A DNA stretch of 17,743 bases, taken from NCBI GenBank assembly GCA_000388065.2, contig KB932205.1; one strand, written 5' to 3'. Both the position numbers and the translations under genes were made by a program. The stretch is from Fonticula alba ATCC 38817. Its lineage: Eukaryota; Protista; Nucleariida. The notes under the pieces were generated by a model. The model was not told where the DNA came from. It saw nothing but the letters and a program-made list of their open reading frames with translations, and did no database searches. Position 1 is the stretch's first letter. Each line of letters opens with the position of its first letter. Positions 1 to 8,470 of the stretch are shown here, in pieces.

Positions 1-273
1 GCGCGAAGGCGCACCGCGCCAAAGCCCAGGCCGGGGGACCTGGCGGCGAAGCAGCCAGCCGGGGGGGGGGGGGCCGGGGCAAACGAGCGCCGGGCATGGC
101 CAGGCGCACGGGCGCCCCATCCGGCCGAAATATGCAGGCGAACAGCGTCCAGCGAGCAAGCCCTGATCGGTGGTGGGGTACCGGCACAGAACATTGCGGT
201 CAACGGGCTACGTGGCCGGAGGGCGGACCCCCGCCCCGCCCCGCCCCCGACAATGGACATGTTAAGAGAGGGC

Positions 274-302
274 GAGAGAGAGAGAGAGAGGAGAGAGAGA
301 GA
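274..302. repeat. (GA)n microsatellite with one interruption
   Basis: gagagag...gagagaga read directly. Confidence 0.95.
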
Positions 303-1143
303 CTGGGGGGGGGGGGAGAGGAAAAAAAGAGCGCGCCGGGACAGACGTGAACTGGCAAGGCCGCAGGCGGGGGGGGGGGCAGGCGGCATGCCCCTCGACG
401 CAAATAAGGCGTGGGGAAGCGCCAGCACCGGGAACGGGCGAAACCGCTCGGGTCCGGCCCTCCCCCTGGGGAGCCCCTTCTCCGAAGCCGGGCCTCCGGG
501 CGAGGAGGGAAGCCGACAATGTCACCCAGTGGCAGCCCGGCCCCTCTGCCCCGGCGCGGCCGGCAGCCGGACCCTGGCGGAGGAGCGAGAGCCGCGGCGC
601 CCAGTGCTTAATCGACGCCGACGCCCACGTCTCTCCGGCTCGGGGGGGGGGGGTCTTCCCTGCCCGGCCCCGGGCGAAAGACGTGCCATATTCACTCGGG
701 ACTCCCCGGCCCCCCCCGCCCGAGACGCGACGCCAGGAGCAGCTTGGTGGCGGGGAGGACACAACTAAGCCCACGGGCTGGGTAGCGGAGAAAAACGCCG
801 TAAAGTAACTCCGCGTAGGTCGCCCGGCCGAAAGGGCGCCCGGGCGTTTGGGCGCTGTCTCCGGCGAGCCCGATCGAGAAACCACCGCCAAGGCGCGGAG
901 GGCCGGGGGGCGGTGCGCGCGCTATGACGGATCGTGAGCAAATTTGGCACACCCCTCCCCCCCCGGGGGGGGGGGGGGGGCGGGGGCGCGGAGGCGATAC
1001 TCGCACCTTGCCGCATGTTCGGTCTGGAAGGCGCGCAGCACACATACCCGCGTGACGGCCCCCCCCCTCCCTCGTCCGGGAGGCCGGCGCGGGGAACATA
1101 TCTTGGCGGGGCATTTTTTCCCGCCACTGCCCCCCCCCCCCTC

Positions 1144-1172
1144 GGCCCCGGCCCCGGCCCCGGCCCCGGCCC
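1144..1172. repeat. (GGCCCC)4 plus GGCCC hexamer repeat (GGGGCC on the minus strand)
   Basis: Four perfect units plus a partial unit, read directly. Confidence 0.95.
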
Positions 1173-1191
1173 GGGCCCCCACGGCGGTTGC

Positions 1192-1201
1192 NNNNNNNNN
1201 N
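1192..1201. other. Assembly gap (10 N)
   Basis: Run of N next to a GGCCCC repeat. Confidence 1.
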
Positions 1202-1490
1202 GGACAACAAAGAAGGAGGGGAGGTGGGGGAGGGGGGGGGGCATCGGCGTCGGCTCGGGGGAGGGGAGCCGAACGCCAAAGAGCAGGGACGGGGGAAGGG
1301 CAAGCGGAGGGAGGAAGTACAGGAAGGAGTGCAGAATTCCAGAGAGGAGGGCAAAAGGGGGCAGCAGGGAGGAGCGGCTAGCCTCAGCGACACAAGCACA
1401 CCCGGGGAAGACACTATCAAAAAAATGAGCCCTGAGAGATAATCGCGTCACAGTCCAGGGCAGCCGCGCCCCCGCACGTCTCCGTCTCCC

Positions 1491-1640
1491 ACACAGACAC
1501 ACACACACACATACACATACACACATACACACACACCCACAGACATACACACACCCCTCCCCCGGAAACGCCTTCCTCGAGAAGATGCAGCTCCAGGGAC
1601 TTTGTGTGTGTGTGTGTCTGTGTGGGTGTGGGTGGGTGTG
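1491..1640. repeat. Imperfect (CA)n tract (1491-1554) facing an imperfect (TG)n tract (1604-1640)
   Basis: Read directly; 1488-1510 and 1604-1626 are exact reverse complements. Confidence 0.95.
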
Positions 1641-1853
1641 GCGTGCGCCGGGTGCAGTGGGGGCAAGGCGGCGGTGCGGCGGTGCAGGGCAAGAGACGGG
1701 TAGGTGTCGTTCCTCGTCCGTTGCTCGGGCGGCGGTCTGCTGGGGGGGGGGGGGAGCCGGGAATATCCCTGCCCCTTTCCGGCGCGTCTCGACGGTCTTG
1801 CGAACGCGCGCCCCCCCCCCTCAGCCCCCGGCCCTCGCCCGGTGTAGCCCCGA

Positions 1854-1881
1854 ACACATACACACACACACACACACACAC
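1854..1881. repeat. (CA)n microsatellite
   Basis: acacata followed by (ca)10. Confidence 0.95.
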
Positions 1882-3021
1882 TCTGGGAGGCCGAGCACAC
1901 GGAGACATATGCACCCGTCCGCGCCGTTCCTCCTCCTCCGCCCCCCCCCGCCCGGGAGAAAAACGAGCAGGGCCCAGCCACTGTCGGGCGCGCTCGGAAA
2001 CGGGGGGGGGGGGAGGGCGGGGGCGGGGCAGCGAGACAGGTCACCGATAGATTCAGCGAGAAATTACACCGACCCAGCGCGACATTATCTCCTCCCGCAG
2101 GCGAGGCCTTTGGGGGTGGGGGCGTCGAAGGCGGTGGCGGCGCCGGGTGCGTGCGCGCGTGCGTGAGTGCGTGTCCCGGCGCGGGCAGGGGGGCGACAAG
2201 CCGTCCCACATCTGTGCCTGGGCATCGCCCCCAGGCCCGGAGTGCGGCCTGCTGGGGCGAGCAGGCAAGGAGCGGGAGCAGGCGAGAGACAGCCGGCCGG
2301 TCTCGGCGCACGGGGACCCTGTTGACCGGCCAGGCGCGTCCGGCAGCCGGTCGACAGATGCTGGGGGGTGGTGGGCGGGGGCGCGGCCCGGCTCGTTAGT
2401 GTCTTTGCACCTGCCCTGCTCTGTGGCTACCTCGCCCTATCGCCAGGGGGCCGGGGGACGGAAGGGGGCAGGCGGCTGCGGTCTTCCGGACAGCCGGAAC
2501 CGGTACTCTGAAGAACCGGCGCCAAGCGGGGGCGCTGGTCCGGCGGGGCGTCGCCCCGGGGCGACGCCCTGGCACGTTGGGGATCGGCGAAGATCCACCC
2601 AACGCAGAGGGCGGGGTGCGCGGGGGAACAAACGGGCGCCCTGCTCCCTTGGCCTCGAACAGGGGGGGCCAATCGCGGGCAGGGGACCAGCGGCGAAAAA
2701 AAGGCCCGCGGGCCGGGGGACGTGCAGCGAACCGAGCCGCCCGCAGGCGCCGCCACGCTAGTCGCGAGAGCGCAGGGGCCGGCAAGGGGCCCGCTCTGTC
2801 TCTCGGCCAGGCTGGCAGGTATGTGTGGGGGTAAACGTGCCAGGGGGGGGGGGGGGGGGGGATGGGCGGGGGCGGGACGATCACGGCAGCCCGCCCGGCG
2901 GCAAAGGCGCGCCAGGAGTGCTCGCATGCTCCCGGGTGCTGTGACAGACGAGGCCCCTCTGCCCGGCAGACACGCCGGCCCAGGCATGACGGGCCTTGTA
3001 GGGGCCACTGGCATGACCGAA

Positions 3022-3559
3022 NNNNNNNNNNNNNNNNNNNNNNNNNNNNNNNNNNNNNNNNNNNNNNNNNNNNNNNNNNNNNNNNNNNNNNNNNNNNNNN
3101 NNNNNNNNNNNNNNNNNNNNNNNNNNNNNNNNNNNNNNNNNNNNNNNNNNNNNNNNNNNNNNNNNNNNNNNNNNNNNNNNNNNNNNNNNNNNNNNNNNNN
3201 NNNNNNNNNNNNNNNNNNNNNNNNNNNNNNNNNNNNNNNNNNNNNNNNNNNNNNNNNNNNNNNNNNNNNNNNNNNNNNNNNNNNNNNNNNNNNNNNNNNN
3301 NNNNNNNNNNNNNNNNNNNNNNNNNNNNNNNNNNNNNNNNNNNNNNNNNNNNNNNNNNNNNNNNNNNNNNNNNNNNNNNNNNNNNNNNNNNNNNNNNNNN
3401 NNNNNNNNNNNNNNNNNNNNNNNNNNNNNNNNNNNNNNNNNNNNNNNNNNNNNNNNNNNNNNNNNNNNNNNNNNNNNNNNNNNNNNNNNNNNNNNNNNNN
3501 NNNNNNNNNNNNNNNNNNNNNNNNNNNNNNNNNNNNNNNNNNNNNNNNNNNNNNNNNNN
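3022..3559. other. Assembly gap (538 N)
   Basis: Run of N; ORFs crossing it are not interpretable. Confidence 1.
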
Positions 3560-4300
3560 CCCGCTTCTCCCGGAGGGAGCCCCAGCCGGGCGAGCGTTTC
3601 GTGTCACCGGGCCACCCTCAGCCAGTGGGGCGCGGTTCCTGCGCCCTCCCCCGACCCCGGGGGTGCGGCGGCGAGTCCCACCCCAGCCCCTTCCCTGACC
3701 CAAGGGCGCGCGGCACGCCCATGACTTGCGCCCGGGGGAGGCTGCCGAGAGTCCAGGCGTTCGAAGGCATACCACAAGAGTGTCCCTCCCCCCACACACA
3801 GGACCGGGGAGGTGCACGCCTCCGGTGGCATGCGGGGGGGGGGGGAGGGCGGAGGTTCGCCCCTCCCCCCCCCCCCCGCGTCCCTCCCTTCTCCCGGAGT
3901 GACCAAGGCGCGGGGGTGGATCAGAGTAGCCGCCCGGCACACACCGGAAGACATGGCCAGCGCGGCCGATGCGCCAGCGCATATGTGTGGCCGCATTACT
4001 GAGAGGGAGAGAGAGAGTGCCACGGCTCCTGGCTGCCTGTGTAGCGGCGGCGCCGGGAGGCCAAAAGCCAGAGATCACCATCGACAGCCGGGAATGCCGG
4101 CCGGCGAAGCAAAACCCCACCACCGCCGAGAGCGGGCTCCTCCTGCACATGCCGGGCCACCAGCGAGGAGGCATCTCTCGTGAGGACGCGGGGGTGACAT
4201 GGGCGTGGGGTGGCCACTCCCCCGGACCGGCCCCGGGCAGTGGCCACCGCATGAGCCCCAGCGAGGAGTGACACGACATTTAATATTCACATATACTGAG

Positions 4301-4333
4301 TGTATGTGTATGTGTATGTGTGTGTGTGTGTGT
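4301..4333. repeat. (TGTA/TG)n microsatellite
   Basis: tgtatgtgtatgtgtatgtgtgtg... read directly. Confidence 0.95.
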
Positions 4334-5036
4334 ATCGCCGCCGGTGGATGGTCAGGGCTGAATTAACGGCTGCCTCAAATCCCAGGGCCCGCGGCACCGG
4401 GCGGGCATGCGCCATCCTCCGGCGAAGCTCACCTCGAACGTGGGCTCAGGACGTGCTGGCCGCCCCTCGTCAGGGGCGGTCTCCGGCCTCGCATCCGTGG
4501 GCGAGCCCGCCCCCGGAGGGCGACCGGCGAGAGCAGGCGGGCCTTCGCCCGGCCGCATGCCGACCCGCGCGCCAGCCGCCGAGAACGCCTTTAACTTTCG
4601 CCCCGGCCCCCGGGCCCGCAGCAGTGGCGTGCACTCTCCTCGCCCGGCCGAACAGCCGAGCGAGCGCCGCCGGCGTGTTTGCCCCGGCCCCGGGCTGGCC
4701 AGCGGGCGCGCTCCGTCGTGGGTTTTCCCCGCCCGCCGCGCACTCGGCCGCGTTCCCACACAGAGCCCCCTCGGGGGGTGCGGGGCGGGGGCGGAGCCGA
4801 CCGCGCCCTGCCCCCCGCGCCCTGCCCGCCCCCCCCCCCGGCCGGGTACCCCCGCCTTTGTGCGCTCTCGCCTGCCGTGTGTCGCCCGCCCCTGGCGACC
4901 TTCCGGCGCCGGCCAATCGGGGTATGTCCCGCCCCTTCCCTTGTCGCCCCCGGCCAACCGGCCTCGAGCCTGAGGAATGTCCCCCCCGGTGCCGGCTCGG
5001 CCAGCGGGTGGTTCGGGCGGCCGGCTACCCCGCCCC

Positions 5037-5205
5037 NNNNNNNNNNNNNNNNNNNNNNNNNNNNNNNNNNNNNNNNNNNNNNNNNNNNNNNNNNNNNNNN
5101 NNNNNNNNNNNNNNNNNNNNNNNNNNNNNNNNNNNNNNNNNNNNNNNNNNNNNNNNNNNNNNNNNNNNNNNNNNNNNNNNNNNNNNNNNNNNNNNNNNNN
5201 NNNNN
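5037..5205. other. Assembly gap (169 N)
   Basis: Run of N flanked by C-rich sequence. Confidence 1.
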
Positions 5206-5346
5206 CCCCCCCCGGCAGGCCATCGGCCCCCGGCGCGGACCTCGGCCTGGGATGAGGGGAGTCCCGGTCCGCCCGGCACAGCTGATTTGCCCCCGGGGCC
5301 GGGCCGGGCCCCGGAACCGGGCAGGCGGCGAGAGCACGCGCGCGGC

Positions 5347-5389
5347 AAACAACAATAACAACAACAAGATCTGCGCAAACAACAACAAT
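5347..5389. repeat. Bipartite (AAC/AAT)n trinucleotide repeat
   Basis: GCAAACAACAA occurs at 5345 and 5375 (30-nt period). Confidence 0.9.
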
Positions 5390-5956
5390 ATCCCCGCGCC
5401 GGCCGCGCCCGGCACCGACGCCGGCCGGAGTCGCCCGAGGCTGACGCCGCCTGCCTCCCCTGCCCCCCCCCCCCTCCGGCAATCGAGTTGGCAATCGGCT
5501 TGTAATGGGGCCGGTCCGGTAGTCTCCTGGTCTCCGCTTCTGCCGCTGTCAGCGGCTAAATATTTGCCTCCGGAGCCCCACCCAGAAGGAGGCGAACTCT
5601 GCGGGCATGGGCGTGGGTGTGGGCGGCCGGGCTCCCCTTCTCCTTGTCTTTGCCCCCCTGCTTCCGGGTTCCATCCATTTTTTTTGGGGAGGCCTTCCCC
5701 CGGATGGAGGGATTGCCCGCCCCCCCCAGTACATGCCGGATCGATGATCGACCGTCGGTCTAGGTCGCCCGCCTTCTCGGAGGTTGGCTGGCGGCGACAC
5801 ACGTTTTTCCGCCCCCCCCCCCCCAGGAGATGAGGTATCGGTTCTCTTCCCTCTTGGTGGAAGTTCCCCTCCCTTCCCCGGCGGCCGGGCTTCTGCTGGG
5901 GGCGTGTCCCCCCACCCGCCTCGGGGAGGGGGGGGGGGAAGTCCTGCAACAGTCGA

Positions 5957-5960
<4 letters not shown>

Positions 5961-5994
<34 letters not shown>
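5961..5994. repeat. (CT)17 microsatellite
   Basis: Read directly. Confidence 0.97.
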
Positions 5995-5996
<2 letters not shown>

Positions 5997-6264
5997 GATC
6001 CGCTCTAGCAGGGAAAAGGGCTTCCGCCCGTGCGCCGATCGGCCCTCGGGTCGGCCTTAATTGGCACTTCTCTCTATCCCGACGGCCCTCCGCCCGAGGG
6101 TGGCAGAGAGGAGGAGAGGGCACGGGGGACACTTGTCCGATCGATGCCGATCGAAAGGCCGCCCCCGCCTGGATCGCGCGCCGCGAGGGATCCCGACCTC
6201 GCGCTCCGCACCCGGTTCCCGCGCTGTGCTCCAGCCCCTGTCTCTTCACACACATGCATGTGCC

Positions 6265-6316
6265 TCTGTCTGTCTGTCTGTCTGCGTGTGTCTGTGTGTG
6301 TGTGTGCCTGTGTGTG
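6265..6316. repeat. (TCTG)5 followed by an imperfect (TG)n
   Basis: Read directly. Confidence 0.9.
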
Positions 6317-6596
6317 CACATGTGCAATCATTGGCCATGGCCGCCGGATCCCCCTCCTCTCATCTCTGGGGCCTGTGTGGGAGAGCCCGACATAGGGGTG
6401 CTCTTGCACGGTGGCTGCCCTGATCCCCCTTTTGCCGGGTTGTACATGCGTCACAGGGCGCACGCCCTGGATGTAGGCAGCATGTGTGCCTCGGCCGAAC
6501 CTACCTGCCGGTCCTCCTACTTCGGGGCAATTGATCCCACCCCGCCCCTGGCACAGGGCCAGGCCGACCGGCTAACTGGCGGGCTCGGATCGGCCA

Positions 6597-6616
6597 GTCG
6601 GTCGGTCGGTCGGTCG
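6597..6616. repeat. (GTCG)5 tetranucleotide repeat
   Basis: Read directly. Confidence 0.95.
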
Positions 6617-6921
6617 GCCGATTGCTTTCTCCCAGCGGCAACGGGGGATCGCGTGGCGCACTGGCACGCGTGTCCGACCAACCAACGTTGCCCCAGTCTG
6701 CCCTCCCGGCCACGAAGCGCCGCATGGCGGGCTCGACTTGGCTGTCCTCCCGGTGCCGCTTGGCCGCACCCGCCCTCTCCCCACCAAACCATACGAATGC
6801 CCCCTTGTGCTCCCTCCCCCCCTCCCCGGGTCATGAAGCGCCCCACCCATGTATGTCCAGTGACGCACGCAGACAACACTATTCCCGCCCCCTACCGAAA
6901 TGAAGGACCCAGGGAAGGACG

Positions 6922-6948
6922 GCTGGCACGCCGAATCGGCGTGCCAGC
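6922..6948. repeat. Perfect 13-bp inverted repeat with a 1-nt centre
   Basis: GCTGGCACGCCGA-A-TCGGCGTGCCAGC. Confidence 0.97.
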
Positions 6949-7105
6949 ACCCGGGGGTTGTATATTCCTCGAAGCGCATACACAGGAAGGTTGTGCAGGG
7001 CGTTGCCCCAGCAGGGTGACAGGGCCGCATGCGCTGTTCCACACCGACAAAGGCAAGGACAAACGCACACATGCACGCATGCACACTCGCTGATTGCCCA
7101 GTTTT

Positions 7106-8383
7106 CTACATGGCACCGGTCTTGTTGCGAGCCGCCTTCCGGTCGATGTGATTCAGGCGCCCAATGGCGTAGGAGATCAGCCGCGCGGCTACGCGGCTCT
7201 GAGGAGTGATGACCGCCATGCTATCGGGCCCGATCGGGAAGCAGTGCTCCAACGCCCGGCAGTGCAGTGCCTCCACCCAGCCCTCCATGGCCACGGAGGC
7301 CGCGCAGGTGCCGACTTCCTCGCAGGCAATCCGCCGGAAGGGGCACATCGCCAGGGCGGCCTCCTCGCTCGTGGTTGACCCCCCCGGCCGTAGGGCCGAG
7401 GAAAGGCTGCTGAGGGATTGCTCGAGGAAGGACCCGCGCCGAGGGGCATCGACCGCCGGGGCGCCACCATTGCCACCGCCGACCAGCCGCGACAGGGAGG
7501 ATTGCCGTTCGCGTGGCGCGGAGGACACCGGCGGCGGGAGCCCCGGGCCCGGGGAGGAGCCGCCGCCGCCACTGCCGAGGGTAGTCATTTCGTGGGCTTC
7601 CCCATGGCCAGGTCCGAGCTTGCTCCGGGTCCCGGCGGATGGTCGCCGAGGCTGCTGTTGCGGCAGCTCCGGCGACAGCGCTGCCGGAGTGGTGGCACCA
7701 CTCCCGCCAAAGAGCTGGTCAAAGATGTGGAAGGACAGCGGATCCTCCTCCGGCATGGAGGACCCCATGTTGGATGGGCTCCCGCCGCCGCCGCCGCCGC
7801 TGCCGAGCAACGGTGTGGGAGCACTGACATCGCTGGCCGGTGACGCCAGGGCGCTGAGGCTGCTGTCCCGAGAGCCAGGCAGCTGATATCCCATGAAGGC
7901 CGGATCGGCCGGGTCCGAGGGGTTTGGAGGATCGCAATAGGCGAAGCTGGAGAAGTACCCACAGGCGCCCATGCGCTCTTCCGACCGACGGCTTTCCATA
8001 CGGCTGACGCTGTCGGTGAATCGGTCGAACTGCACGAAGTTCGATTGGTACGACCAGTGCAGCTCGCCATACGGGAAGGTGGCCAGCAGGCGCTGGAAGC
8101 GGCATGCCAACATTCGAAGGAGGTGAGTGGGGCAGTCATAGCATGAGAGCAGCCTGGGGGAGGGGGGGGGGGGGAGAGCAGGACAGGAAAGGAGGCAAAA
8201 GGCCAGATCCTCCCTCCTCCGCCCAATGTATGGGATCCTCCTTTCTCAACACAGGAGCAAAAGTGGGCAGGCACGCACCGAGGTGGCCTGATCCAGCACC
8301 GATGCGCCGTATGGCCCGACGCACAGGGCCAAATGCTCGGTGCGCTTCTCAAAGTGCCCTTTGGCCATGTGCACGCCGTGCAG

Positions 8384-8470
<87 letters not shown>

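Noticed and set aside
1763-1770. U12-type signals (ATATCCCT here; CTCTTAAC on the minus strand near 261-268)
   Set aside because: Mismatch to RTATCCTT, and no correctly spaced U12 branch and acceptor partner.
2508-2539. Hammerhead-like CTGAAGA followed by a 9-bp stem; also CTGACGA at 11316 and minus-strand CTGATGA at 10512
   Set aside because: No GAAA core after the stem and no stems I/III.
96-7100. Dozens of 60-630 aa ORFs in the left part of the window, including ones spanning N gaps (e.g. 2396-4279, 4591-6327)
   Set aside because: G/P/R/A-rich translations of GC-rich DNA and microsatellites, open on several frames at once, with no recognisable domain; frames across gaps are meaningless.
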